A DNA stretch of 61,106 nt, the filler included. It is 3 parts of 3 records of this genome, joined end to end, with 100 filler letters (N's around TTAATTAATTAA, not from the genome) between each part and the next. Parts side by side here need not be neighbours in the genome. Positions count along the whole stretch, not along the records: positions 1 to 26,721 come from DRR378314_432; 2 more parts are not named here. One strand, 5' to 3'. The notes beneath the pieces are model-generated. The model was not told where the DNA came from, did not search any database, and saw only the letters and a program-made list of their open reading frames with translations. Position numbers and translations under genes: made by a program. Positions 1-9,704 of the stretch are shown piece after piece (positions within the stretch are counted from its first letter, which is position 1; every line of letters begins with the position of its first letter).

Positions 1-1
1 C

Positions 2-124
2 TACGTCAACGGCTATCTGTTCCAGCTTGCCAAGCTTGGCGTGGCCAAGGCTGGGGTGCAGGGGCTTTGGGTGAATGCACCCACAGCTGCAATCGACCTG
101 ACTGCGATCAGTTGGGACGAATAA
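2..124 (+). CDS. C-terminal fragment of peptide/nickel-type ABC substrate-binding protein (family 5); 5' part lies outside the window
   Basis: Manual translation YVNGYLFQLAKLGVAKAGVQGLWVNAPTAAIDLTAISWDE* resembles a family-5 SBP C-terminus; lies upstream of DppB/C-like permeases. Confidence 0.75.
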   Translation, partial: YVNGYLFQLAKLGVAKAGVQGLWVNAPTAAIDLTAISWDE

Positions 125-142
125 GCTAAAGGAGACCCGCGC

Positions 143-1162
143 ATGTTCAGGCCAACCCTCGTCGTGCTTGCACTCGCGACGCAGATTGTTGTTGTGCCTG
201 CTGTTCGGGCCGAGTCATCGCTTGAACAGGCCGTCGCGTTGTGGCTGCAGGGCGACGATATGCAAGCCCTGCCGATGCTGTCGGAACTTGCAGCCGACGG
301 TGACGTTGAAGCGCGGTTGCTGCTGGGGCGGATCGAGACATCCGACCTGGGGCCGTCGCCTTATCGTCAGTCGCTTGGACCTGATCAATCGCGCGAGTTA
401 TTTCGCCAAAAGGATTGGTCGGCATTTGGTCTGCCGTGGTTGACGGTTGAGGCGCGCGCTGGAAATGGGCTGGCTCAAGCTTTGCTGCAGTCCAAGCGCC
501 CAGAGCCCGATCTTGATCTGATCACAAAACTCAACGCTTTTGGTGAACATCAGGCCACCGACTACCCTACACGCATCATCGCGCTATATGGCGATGCGAA
601 TATGCGTGAGACGTTGCTAGCCGATGATCAGGTCATGAGCGACCTAAAGCCCTATCTGACTTATCTGTCCGAGAATCCTGAGCCACGCGGGGACGGCCTT
701 GCAGCGCTGCGCCATATTCAACCTGATCCGATTGACCCGATTACGGATCAGGCGTTGGGCATGGCAGGCCTGCTGGCGCTTGGGTTGGGGTATGGCGATG
801 TATCTTCTGACAACCCGTGGCGACCGGCTGTTGAAGACTGGCTGATGAATTCGGCTTCAACCCGACCCATCGCGCAGCTTTGCACCGAACTTTGCGCCGA
901 TGAAGCACCCAATTGCGCCTTTGCATTTCTGGCGCTGTCCGGTGGGTATTTCGAGGCTATCCGCATCGACAGCCCGCTTGAATCGGTCATTCCACAAGCG
1001 GAATTTCTGGATAGCCCGCGTGCCAGGTTGATGGTCCTTCGTCGCGCTGTGTTGGCGCGCACCGAGACCAACCTTGAATGGCTGTCCGATACCGAACCTG
1101 CCGCCGAGCTTTCGGCCTGCGCCATCAACCTGATCGGGGACGAACGCCAGGCCTATAAGTAG
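143..1162 (+). CDS. Hypothetical exported protein (signal peptide, Sel1/TPR-like N-terminal helices, Cys-rich segment)
   Basis: 339 aa ORF, RBS AAAGGAG, N-terminal signal ending in VRA-E, CTELC...NC motif. Confidence 0.75.
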   Translation: MFRPTLVVLALATQIVVVPAVRAESSLEQAVALWLQGDDMQALPMLSELAADGDVEARLLLGRIETSDLGPSPYRQSLGPDQSRELFRQKDWSAFGLPWLTVEARAGNGLAQALLQSKRPEPDLDLITKLNAFGEHQATDYPTRIIALYGDANMRETLLADDQVMSDLKPYLTYLSENPEPRGDGLAALRHIQPDPIDPITDQALGMAGLLALGLGYGDVSSDNPWRPAVEDWLMNSASTRPIAQLCTELCADEAPNCAFAFLALSGGYFEAIRIDSPLESVIPQAEFLDSPRARLMVLRRAVLARTETNLEWLSDTEPAAELSACAINLIGDERQAYK

Positions 1163-1202
1163 GTGCTGGACCCCTGCGATCCGCACACTTAACCTGTTAC
1201 CA

Positions 1203-2150
1203 ATGCTACGCTATGCCCTCAAACGTCTGCTGTCGCTAATCCTGAGTCTGGCCGTCGCCTCGGTCGTCATCTTTGTGGTGATCGAGATTGCGCCCGGCGA
1301 TCCGGCGTCGTTCATGTTGGGCGTAAACGCGCAAGCCGATACTTTGGCTGCACTCCGGGCCGAGTTAGGCCTCGATGTCTCGAAGGCCGAACGGTATTTC
1401 AACTGGGTCGGTGGGATGCTGGTGGGGGATTTCGGCACGTCCTATACCTATCGCACACCAGTATCGCAGATGATTGCGGATCGGATGTGGGTCTCATTGC
1501 CGCTAGCTATCTATGCGTTGACCTTGTCGACTCTGATCGCCTTTCCCGCTGGTATCTACGCAGCCGCACGCCGCGGCAAACCGGGTGATGTGGCTGTCAT
1601 GGGTGCGACCCAACTCGGGATCGCAGTGCCGAACTTCTGGTTTGCTATGATGCTGGTGCTGGTCTTCGCGATCAATTTGCGCTGGTTCAATGCCGGAGGG
1701 TTCGCGGGCTGGGAAAACGGCCTTTGGACAGGTTTGCGTTCTCTGACCCTACCGGCCATCGCTCTCGCCCTACCGCAAGCGGCGATCCTTGCACGGGTCA
1801 TGCGATCGGCCCTGTTGGACATTCTGTCCGAGGATTTCATGCGCACCGCGCGCGCCAAGGGCCTTTCGCATCGTCAGGCGCTCTGGCGACACGGGGTGCG
1901 GAATGCTCTGATCCCAGTGCTAACAATTATCGGGCTGCAGTTCTCATTCCTGCTGGCAGGATCGATCATCATTGAACAGGTGTTCTATTTGCCCGGCCTT
2001 GGGCGGCTTGTATTTCAGGCGATCTCGGCCCGCGATCTGATCGTGGTGGAATCGGTTGTCATGCTGTTGGTCTTTGCTGTCATCATGGTGAACTTTATGG
2101 TCGATCTGGCCTACGCCGCCGTCGACCCAAGGCTGAGGAGCAGGACGTGA
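1203..2150 (+). CDS. Peptide ABC transporter permease (DppB/OppB family)
   Basis: PGDPA N-terminal motif, EAA-like loop DFMRTARAKGL, multiple TM helices. Confidence 0.93.
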   Translation: MLRYALKRLLSLILSLAVASVVIFVVIEIAPGDPASFMLGVNAQADTLAALRAELGLDVSKAERYFNWVGGMLVGDFGTSYTYRTPVSQMIADRMWVSLPLAIYALTLSTLIAFPAGIYAAARRGKPGDVAVMGATQLGIAVPNFWFAMMLVLVFAINLRWFNAGGFAGWENGLWTGLRSLTLPAIALALPQAAILARVMRSALLDILSEDFMRTARAKGLSHRQALWRHGVRNALIPVLTIIGLQFSFLLAGSIIIEQVFYLPGLGRLVFQAISARDLIVVESVVMLLVFAVIMVNFMVDLAYAAVDPRLRSRT

Positions 2151-2962
2151 GCCGTAATCTGATCCTTGGCGCAGCATTGTCCTCGCTGGTTCTGATGGCG
2201 GCCCTGATGTCATTTATCTGGACACCGTACGACCACGCTGTGCTGAACATACCGGCCAAACTGCAACCTCCAAACGCGCAAAACTGGTTCGGTACAGATC
2301 ATTTCGGGCGTGACATGTTCTCGATGATCATGGTCGGCGCGCGCACGTCGATCGCTGTGGCATTGGTGGCCGTTGGGATCGGTATGACGTTGGGGGTTCC
2401 TTTGGGTCTGACAGCCGCTGCGCGCAAAGGGTCGTGGCTGGACGAGTTCATCATGCGCGGCAACGATCTGGTCTTTGCCTTCCCCTCACTGGTTATCGCC
2501 ATCCTGATCACCGCAGTCTTTGGAGCCGGTGCTATCAACGCGATTATCGCAATCGGTATCTTCAACATCCCTGTTTTTGCCCGCATTACACGCGGCGCGG
2601 CCCTATCGCTATGGGAGCGCGAATTCATCCTCGCCGCCCGCGTTTCGGGTAAAGGCGCGGCACGGATATCAGCCGAGCATATCCTGCCCAATGTCGCCAA
2701 CCTGTTGATCGTGCAGGGGACCATTCAGTTCTCGTTGGGTATTCTGGCCGAGGCCGGGCTGTCTTATGTCGGTCTGGGTGCGCAACCGCCAACACCAAGT
2801 TGGGGCAGAATGCTGGCTGACGCGCAGACAATGGTCAGTTTTGCCCCACATCTGGCTCTGATACCGGGTTTGGCGATCATCGTGACAGTGCTGGGTTTAA
2901 ACCTGTTGGGCGATGGCCTGCGCGACTGGTTGGACCCTCGGATAAGGGTAGCCCGCGCATGA
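2147..2962 (+). CDS. Peptide ABC transporter permease (DppC/OppC family)
   Basis: WFGTDHFGRD motif, PPTPSWGRML motif, 4-nt overlap with upstream permease. Confidence 0.93.
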   Translation: MSRNLILGAALSSLVLMAALMSFIWTPYDHAVLNIPAKLQPPNAQNWFGTDHFGRDMFSMIMVGARTSIAVALVAVGIGMTLGVPLGLTAAARKGSWLDEFIMRGNDLVFAFPSLVIAILITAVFGAGAINAIIAIGIFNIPVFARITRGAALSLWEREFILAARVSGKGAARISAEHILPNVANLLIVQGTIQFSLGILAEAGLSYVGLGAQPPTPSWGRMLADAQTMVSFAPHLALIPGLAIIVTVLGLNLLGDGLRDWLDPRIRVARA

Positions 2963-4557
2963 GCCTTTTGCAGATCAAGGACCTGTCGCTATCCATTCAC
3001 GGCACACCGATCCTGAAGCGGATTGACCTGTCAATCGCACCAGGACAGATCGTGGCTGTGACGGGCGAAAGCGGTTCAGGTAAATCGATGACGGCGCTTG
3101 CTGTGATGCAGCTGTTGCCTAACGGCGCCGAAGCGGATGGGGCGCTTCAGCTGGATGGTCAGAACCTGCTGGACATGCCTGAGGTTGAGATGTGCGCGCT
3201 GCGAGGCGCTTCGATCGGTATGGTGTTTCAAGAACCGATGACTGCTCTGAACCCGGTGAAAACAATTGGCGATCAGGTGATGGAGACCATCCTGATCCAC
3301 AAGGCTATGCCCCCCGCCAAAGCCCGCGCGCGCGCGGAAGAGGTGTTGGCCCGCGTCGGATTGCCGACCAGTCGATATCCGATGACGCGTTATCCGCACG
3401 AGTTGTCGGGTGGGCAGCGCCAGCGGGTGGTGATTGCTATGGCGATTGCGCTGCGTCCTCGGCTGCTGATCGCGGATGAGCCTACGACAGCGCTGGATGT
3501 GACGACGCAGGCGCAAATCCTCGATCTGCTCAAGGGGCTGGTGTCGGAATACGGCATGGGCTTGTTGATGATCACCCATGATCTGGCGGTGGTTGCCGAT
3601 ATGGCGGACCAGATCGTAGTTATGCGGTATGGGGAGGTGGTTGAAACCGGCGCAACTGAACATCTGTTGCGCAATATGCAGCACCCCTATACCCACATGC
3701 TGTTCGAAGCCTCTGGCCATCAGGTGGATTTGCCTGCATCCCCTGAACCGCAGCCCTTGCTGGAAGTCGAAAGTGTTGTCCGAGACTACCGTCTGCCCCG
3801 AAAACGCTTGTTTGATGCGCCCGGTCATCAACGGGCGGTCGATCAGGTTAGTTTTACACTGAACCGGGGCGAGCGATTGGGTTTGGTTGGAGAGTCTGGT
3901 TGCGGAAAATCGACCCTAACACGGGCAATATTGGGTTTGGAAGAGGTGCAACGGGGCCGGATTTCTTTAGACGGTCAACCTGTATTCACAGGCCACAAAC
4001 CCAATCTGGCGGTACGCCGCAAGATGCAGGTGGTCTTTCAGGACCCATATGGCAGCTTCAATCCCCGCCACAGGGTTGCGCGGCTGATCACCGAACCTTT
4101 CCATCTGCTGGACACACCGCCAACCGGGTCAGATCGGCAGGATCGCATTGCCGAGATGCTTACTGCGGTGGGCCTCAGCCCGGATGACGCGGGCAGGTAT
4201 ATTCACGAATTCTCGGGTGGGCAGAGGCAGCGGATCGCCATTGCGCGCGCTCTGATCATCCAGCCTGAACTGATCCTGTTTGATGAGGCGGTCTCGGCCC
4301 TTGATGTCTCGGTCCGTGCCCAGATCCTTGATCTTCTTGCCGAGCTCTGCGCGACCTATGATCTGACCTATCTGTTCATCAGCCATGACCTGAGCGTGGT
4401 TCGAACGATCACCGACAAAGTCTTAGTGATGCAAGATGGCAAAATTGTCGAGCAAGGTGAGACAGAGCAGGTCTTCACCCAGCCGCAGCATCCTTACACG
4501 AGAACGCTTATCGATGCGGCTCCCAGCCTGCCAGAGATCGGGCAGGGGGCGGCATGA
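2959..4557 (+). CDS. Fused double-domain peptide ABC ATPase (DppD/DppF-like)
   Basis: Two Walker A motifs ([16 protein letters not shown]), two SGGQRQR signatures, two HPYT motifs. Confidence 0.95.
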   Translation: MSLLQIKDLSLSIHGTPILKRIDLSIAPGQIVAVTGESGSGKSMTALAVMQLLPNGAEADGALQLDGQNLLDMPEVEMCALRGASIGMVFQEPMTALNPVKTIGDQVMETILIHKAMPPAKARARAEEVLARVGLPTSRYPMTRYPHELSGGQRQRVVIAMAIALRPRLLIADEPTTALDVTTQAQILDLLKGLVSEYGMGLLMITHDLAVVADMADQIVVMRYGEVVETGATEHLLRNMQHPYTHMLFEASGHQVDLPASPEPQPLLEVESVVRDYRLPRKRLFDAPGHQRAVDQVSFTLNRGERLGLVGESGCGKSTLTRAILGLEEVQRGRISLDGQPVFTGHKPNLAVRRKMQVVFQDPYGSFNPRHRVARLITEPFHLLDTPPTGSDRQDRIAEMLTAVGLSPDDAGRYIHEFSGGQRQRIAIARALIIQPELILFDEAVSALDVSVRAQILDLLAELCATYDLTYLFISHDLSVVRTITDKVLVMQDGKIVEQGETEQVFTQPQHPYTRTLIDAAPSLPEIGQGAA

Positions 4558-4597
4558 CCCAAATGTACTTTATTAGAGCCTGATTCAGGAGTATCTG

Positions 4598-6049
4598 ATG
4601 TCCAACCCTCTCTGGTTCAATCCCGGTCGCTGCTTGATTGGCGGTGATTGGAAGGCCCCCGTGTCGGGGCAATCTTTAACGCTGGTCAATCCGTCTGATG
4701 GCTCGGAAATCTGCCAGATCGCCCGTGGTACAGAACCCGATATTGACGCCGCCGTTCAAGCCGCCCAAACGGCGCGGAATGGTGGTTGGGGACGCATGAC
4801 AGCGTTGGAACGAGGGCGCATTCTTACTCGACTGGGGCAACTGGTACTGGATCGAGTGGATGATCTGGCGCAGCTAGAGGCGATGGATGTTGGCAAGCCG
4901 CTGACCCAGGCGCGCGCTGATGCAGTTGCATTGGCGCGGTATTGCGAGTTCTACGGCGGCGCGGCAGACAAAGTGATGGGGGAAACCATTCCCTATCTCG
5001 ATGGCTATACGGTTTACACGCTGCGCGAGCCGCATGGTGTGACGGGCCATATCGTTCCGTGGAACTATCCGATGCAGATTATTGGCCGTTCAGTCGGGGC
5101 GGCGCTGGCAATGGGGAATGCCTGCGTTCTGAAACCAGCGGAAGAGGCCTGCCTGACCGCATTGGCCTTTGCCCATCTCGCGCTTGACGCTGGTCTGCCG
5201 CCCGGAGCGTTGAATGTGGTGCCCGGGCTTGGGGCTGAGGCGGGCGCGGCTTTGTCGTCGCATCCGGGCGTCGATCATATCTCATTCACCGGGTCGGTTG
5301 CCACTGGCGCGTTGGTTCAGCAAGCGGCAGGTAAAAATGTGGTCCCAGTGACGCTGGAATTGGGCGGCAAGTCCCCACAATTGGTCTTTGACGATGCCGA
5401 TCTGGATGCGGCGCTACCTTTTTTGGTGAATGCGGGCATTCAGAATGCTGGTCAGACCTGTTCGGCCTCGTCTCGCATACTTGTTCAGCGGGGCGTTTAT
5501 GAACAGGTCAAATCCCGCATGGCCGAGGCCTACCGTCAGTTGACCGTGGGACCTGCAATGCAGGACCTACGTGTTGGGCCATTGATCTCGGACCGGCAGA
5601 AACAGATCGTTGGTGGCTTTCTGGAGAAGGGTGCGGATCTAACCGTCGCTGGACAAGGCCAAATCGTAGACAGCGCCACTGAGGCTGGGGCCTATGTTCA
5701 ACCCACGCTCTTTGCTGATGTCCCCCCCGATCATGTGCTCGCACGCGATGAGATATTCGGCCCCGTGCAGGTTTTGATCCCGTTTGAGACTGAAAAACAG
5801 GCTCTAACAATAGCCAATAACACTGATTACGGCCTTGTTGCCAGCGTCTGGACCCGCGACGGCGGACGCCAGATGCGATTGGCAAAGGGTCTGCGGTCGG
5901 GGCAGGTGTTCATCAACAACTATGGTGCGGGTGGCGGCGTTGAGCTGCCTTTTGGCGGCGTCGGCAAATCTGGCCACGGCCGCGAAAAGGGGTTCGAGGC
6001 GCTTTATGGATTCTCACAGCTGAAGACGGTCGCGGCCTATCACGGCTAG
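4598..6049 (+). CDS. NAD(P)-dependent aldehyde dehydrogenase
   Basis: PWNYP, FTGS, ELGGK, catalytic NAGQTC, EIFGP motifs. Confidence 0.93.
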   Translation: MSNPLWFNPGRCLIGGDWKAPVSGQSLTLVNPSDGSEICQIARGTEPDIDAAVQAAQTARNGGWGRMTALERGRILTRLGQLVLDRVDDLAQLEAMDVGKPLTQARADAVALARYCEFYGGAADKVMGETIPYLDGYTVYTLREPHGVTGHIVPWNYPMQIIGRSVGAALAMGNACVLKPAEEACLTALAFAHLALDAGLPPGALNVVPGLGAEAGAALSSHPGVDHISFTGSVATGALVQQAAGKNVVPVTLELGGKSPQLVFDDADLDAALPFLVNAGIQNAGQTCSASSRILVQRGVYEQVKSRMAEAYRQLTVGPAMQDLRVGPLISDRQKQIVGGFLEKGADLTVAGQGQIVDSATEAGAYVQPTLFADVPPDHVLARDEIFGPVQVLIPFETEKQALTIANNTDYGLVASVWTRDGGRQMRLAKGLRSGQVFINNYGAGGGVELPFGGVGKSGHGREKGFEALYGFSQLKTVAAYHG

Positions 6050-6055
6050 TGCGGA

Positions 6056-7348
6056 TTAGACGATCACTTCGATCGCCTTCTGCGCTCCGACGCTGAAAAC
6101 CCGTTTGTACCGCTCAATCTGATCGGCTGGTCCCATCGCCTTTTCCGGATTATCCGACAGCTTAACCGTTGGGTTACCATTGGCGGATACTGCCTTGCAG
6201 ACCAGCGAGAACGGGGCCAGCGCGTCATTTGGTACAAGGTCTCGGAAGTCATTGGTCAGCAACGTGCCCCAGCCGAACGAGACGTTGGTCTGACCCGCGA
6301 ACTGAGCATGCAATTCGCGGATCTTGTCCACGTCCAAACCGTCCGAGAAGATAATCCGTTTCTGTCTCGGGTCTTCACCTCGTGATTTCCACCAGTCTAT
6401 TGCGATTTCTGCCCCGGTTGCAGGATCGCCGCTGTCAATACGTATACCCGTCCAGCCCGCCAACCAGTCAGGTGCACGGTCCAAGAACCCTTTGGTGCCG
6501 TATGTATCAGGCAGAATGATACGCAGATTGCCGTCATGTTCCTCGTGCCAATCGCTGAGGACATCATAAGGTGCCTGCGCAAGCGCGGAATCATCTTCGG
6601 CCAATGCGGAATAGACCATGGGCAGTTCATGTGCATTTGTGCCAATCGCCTCAACTTCACGGCGCATCGCGATCAGACAGTTTGACGTGCCGGTAAAGGC
6701 AGGCCCCAGGCCTTCGATCATGGCCTGAACACACCAGTCCTGCCAAAGGAACGAATGCCGCCGCCGCGTGCCGAAATCCGCGATACTCAGCCCCTTGATT
6801 GATCGCAACTTTGCGATCTTCTCCCACACGCGCGTCATCGCTTGGGCATAAAGTACCTGAAGTTCGAACCGGCGCATCTCATTGAGCACGGCTCGTGAAC
6901 GTAGCTCCATCAGGACGGCCAATGCCGGGATCTCCCATAACATGACCTCGTGCCACTTGCCCTCGAATGTCAGTTCGTACTGATCGCCTTTGCGTTCAAG
7001 ATGGTAGGGCGGCAGGTGTAAGTTCTCGAACCACTCTATGAAATCGGGCCGGAACATCTGGCGTTTGCCATAGAATGTGTTGCCCCGCAGAAAGGTGCTT
7101 TCCCCGCGGCTCAGGCTGAGAGAACGGATGTGATCCAGCTGCTCGCGCAGCTCACCTTCATCGATCAATCGGGCCAAAGGCACGTGATTCGACCGGTTGA
7201 TCAGGGAAAAAACAACGTCTGTTTGGGGCTTATTGCGAAACACTGACTGGCACATCAGCAGTTTGTAGAAGTCTGTGTCTATTAAAGACCGCACAATTGG
7301 GTCAATTTTCCATTTGTGATTGTAGACTCGCGTCGCGATGTCGACCAT
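6056..7348 (-). CDS. pncB: Nicotinate phosphoribosyltransferase
   Basis: SLIDTDFYKL, DFGTRRR, GTNAHE, RIDSGDP, KLSDNPEK motifs; near pncA. Confidence 0.95.
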   Translation of the reverse strand: MVDIATRVYNHKWKIDPIVRSLIDTDFYKLLMCQSVFRNKPQTDVVFSLINRSNHVPLARLIDEGELREQLDHIRSLSLSRGESTFLRGNTFYGKRQMFRPDFIEWFENLHLPPYHLERKGDQYELTFEGKWHEVMLWEIPALAVLMELRSRAVLNEMRRFELQVLYAQAMTRVWEKIAKLRSIKGLSIADFGTRRRHSFLWQDWCVQAMIEGLGPAFTGTSNCLIAMRREVEAIGTNAHELPMVYSALAEDDSALAQAPYDVLSDWHEEHDGNLRIILPDTYGTKGFLDRAPDWLAGWTGIRIDSGDPATGAEIAIDWWKSRGEDPRQKRIIFSDGLDVDKIRELHAQFAGQTNVSFGWGTLLTNDFRDLVPNDALAPFSLVCKAVSANGNPTVKLSDNPEKAMGPADQIERYKRVFSVGAQKAIEVIV

Positions 7349-7378
7349 GGGGACCTCCTGCGATTTCTTTTGTTAGAT

Positions 7379-7396
7379 CAATCAGAGCTCTGATTG
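7379..7396. promoter_or_regulatory. Perfect 18-bp palindrome upstream of pncB, candidate operator
   Basis: CAATCAGAGCTCTGATTG is self-complementary and lies about 30 bp upstream of the pncB start. Confidence 0.4.
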
Positions 7397-7510
7397 GCAA
7401 GAGTCGCCGGATTGGTAACAATGCCCATGACAAGACACATTGCGGGCATATTATGAGTATCCTTCACGCATATGTGAGGGTTGGGGTTGGTAAGAGGTTG
7501 AATGTAGTGG

Positions 7511-8041
7511 ATGAGTCTCGAGTACGACTTTGACATAGTGGCGATAGCTCCGGATGAAGTTGATCCGGAACATGGGAACACGGCGGTAACAGGTCGGCCC
7601 CCGGTGCGGGCGCAGTTCAGGAATATCAAGACTGCGGATGCCTTGCGGGCGGCTTCTCCTAAGATACGCCGGATATTTCTGGAATCCGGATTTAGTCTGG
7701 ATACGGTGGGTGGCACTCGGTCTTCGGGTTATTTTCGACCCGAAGACTCGGAGAATCGCCTCGTAATCCTGAAGCGGCTTTTTGCGAATATTCGGAACAT
7801 GGGTGTTCAGGGCGAATATTGCGGGGAATTTAATTTCCATCACTTCCTGGCGCATGTCCGGGCAGCGAAACCGGGGCATGTGCTCCGGTCCCCACCCACG
7901 CGACCTGTTCAACCCGCAAGCACCGGCTCGGCACGGCCTGAGCGGCGCACCCTTGTTGGGCGCTTGGGTTTTGCGTTGGGGCTGGCTGTGATCTTGTTTG
8001 TCCTGCTGAAGCTTTTGGCAGCGCAAGGTGCTGCGCCTTGA
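7511..8041 (+). CDS. Hypothetical protein with Pro-rich linker and C-terminal TM anchor
   Basis: 176 aa ORF filling the pncB-pncA gap; ends in RR-flanked hydrophobic helix LGFALGLAVILFVLLKLLA. Confidence 0.65.
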   Translation: MSLEYDFDIVAIAPDEVDPEHGNTAVTGRPPVRAQFRNIKTADALRAASPKIRRIFLESGFSLDTVGGTRSSGYFRPEDSENRLVILKRLFANIRNMGVQGEYCGEFNFHHFLAHVRAAKPGHVLRSPPTRPVQPASTGSARPERRTLVGRLGFALGLAVILFVLLKLLAAQGAAP

Positions 8042-8044
8042 TCA

Positions 8045-8638
8045 TCAGGCCAATGTAACGCCCGCCTCACGCATGGCTTTTTCGGCCGTGGATAAAGATC
8101 CATCCATATCGATGGCGCGACACAGGTCGGTTTTGACGGTGATGTCAAAACCCAGTCGTGCTGCGTCTACAGCCGAGTAATATACACAGAAATCCGTCGC
8201 CAACCCGACCATCGTCAACTGACTGATCCCGCGCGCCTCAAGATAACCTTTCAGGCCGGTGGGGGTGGAATGATCATTTTCGAAAAACGCTGAATAGCTG
8301 TCGATGGCATTGCGAAAGCCCTTTCGGATGATCAGGTCGCCATCGGTGCGCAAATCCGGGTGAAACGCAGCACCATCAGAGCCTTGGACGCAATGGTCAG
8401 GCCACAGAACCTGTGGGCCGTATGGCATTTCGATCATTTCGAACGGGGATTTGCCCGCATGTGAGCTGGCGAACGAAGAATGCCCGGCCGGATGCCAGTC
8501 TTGTGTCAGAAGGACTGCATCGAAATCATCCATGATTGCGTTGATCGGAGTGACGATTTCATCCCCTCCGGTTACCGCCAGTGCACCACCGGGGCAGAAA
8601 TCATTCTGAACATCAATAACGAGCAGGGCATGGGACAT
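8045..8638 (-). CDS. pncA: Nicotinamidase/pyrazinamidase
   Basis: IDVQNDF, QDWHP, WPDHCVQ, DSYSAF, GLATDFCV motifs. Confidence 0.95.
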   Translation of the reverse strand: MSHALLVIDVQNDFCPGGALAVTGGDEIVTPINAIMDDFDAVLLTQDWHPAGHSSFASSHAGKSPFEMIEMPYGPQVLWPDHCVQGSDGAAFHPDLRTDGDLIIRKGFRNAIDSYSAFFENDHSTPTGLKGYLEARGISQLTMVGLATDFCVYYSAVDAARLGFDITVKTDLCRAIDMDGSLSTAEKAMREAGVTLA

Positions 8639-8734
8639 ATCGGCCTCCTTAAGTTGCGTTATCGGTATGGCGCGCTGCGTGGATCGTCAATGCGGTCTCT
8701 TGTGTGTTTTTGCCAAGGGCATTAAATCGCGCAC

Positions 8735-9640
8735 ATGTACACAATTGCTGCTCTATATCATTTCACGCGTTTTCCTGACCCTGATGCGCTGCGCCCCGCC
8801 TTGCAGGAGCTGTGTCAGGCGCAATCAGTCAAAGGGACTTTGCTTTTGGCGCAAGAAGGGATCAACGGCACCATCTCCGGACCCCGCGCCGGTATCGACG
8901 CTGTTCTGGCGCATATCCGTACGCTGCCGGGCTGTGCCGATCTTGAGTGGAAAGAGGCGATCTCGGACCATCCACCCTTTGGCAAAATGAAGGTGCGCCT
9001 GAAAAAAGAGATCGTCACAATGGGACAGCCTGATGTCGATCCTCGTGCCAGTGTCGGGAACTATGTCGAGCCGGAGGATTGGAACGACTTGATCCGCTCG
9101 GATGATGTCGTCGTGATCGACACGCGCAATGACTATGAGGTTGCGATTGGCACGTTCGAGGGTGCAATAGACCCTAATACGGCCAGTTTTCGAGATTTTC
9201 CGGCCTGGTGGGAAGAGAACAAGGAGCGCTTTCACAACAAGCGCGTTGCCATGTTTTGCACCGGGGGCATCCGCTGTGAGAAATCCACCAACTATTTGCT
9301 TGGGCATGGGGTTGAGGATGTCTATCACCTTAAAGGTGGTATCCTGCGCTATCTGGAAGAGATGCCGCCCAAGGACAGCACGTGGCAGGGCGAATGCTTT
9401 GTATTCGATAACCGCGTTTCGGTCGGCCATGGGCTGGTTGAGGGGCCTCACAAGCTGTGCCACGGTTGCCGTCGCCCGATCCTGCCCGAAGATGTGAAGC
9501 GCCCAGAATACGAACATGGCGTGTCTTGCCATCGATGTGTCGACGAAACCTCAGAACAGGATAAAGCGCGCTTTCGCGAGCGGCAGAAACAAATCCAATT
9601 GGCCCGTGTAAGGGGCGAGGAACATCTGGGGTCTGATTGA
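8735..9640 (+). CDS. trhO: Rhodanese-domain tRNA uridine(34) hydroxylase (YceA/TrhO)
   Basis: EGINGT, DTRNDYE, FCTGGIRCEK, GECFVFDNRV motifs and C-terminal Cys cluster. Confidence 0.9.
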   Translation: MYTIAALYHFTRFPDPDALRPALQELCQAQSVKGTLLLAQEGINGTISGPRAGIDAVLAHIRTLPGCADLEWKEAISDHPPFGKMKVRLKKEIVTMGQPDVDPRASVGNYVEPEDWNDLIRSDDVVVIDTRNDYEVAIGTFEGAIDPNTASFRDFPAWWEENKERFHNKRVAMFCTGGIRCEKSTNYLLGHGVEDVYHLKGGILRYLEEMPPKDSTWQGECFVFDNRVSVGHGLVEGPHKLCHGCRRPILPEDVKRPEYEHGVSCHRCVDETSEQDKARFRERQKQIQLARVRGEEHLGSD

Positions 9641-9704
9641 AATCAGCTTGCGGGCCGCGCCGGAAACAGGCCTGATGCGATCAGACCAGTAAGACGGAGC
9701 GCAA

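Noticed and set aside
7444..7460. Possible NadQ site (TGAGTAT) near pncB
   Set aside because: Only one half-site matches; the left arm GGGCATA does not fit
7378..8026. Minus-strand ORFs of 112 and 191 aa
   Set aside because: Shadow ORFs of 7511..8041(+), which looks more protein-like
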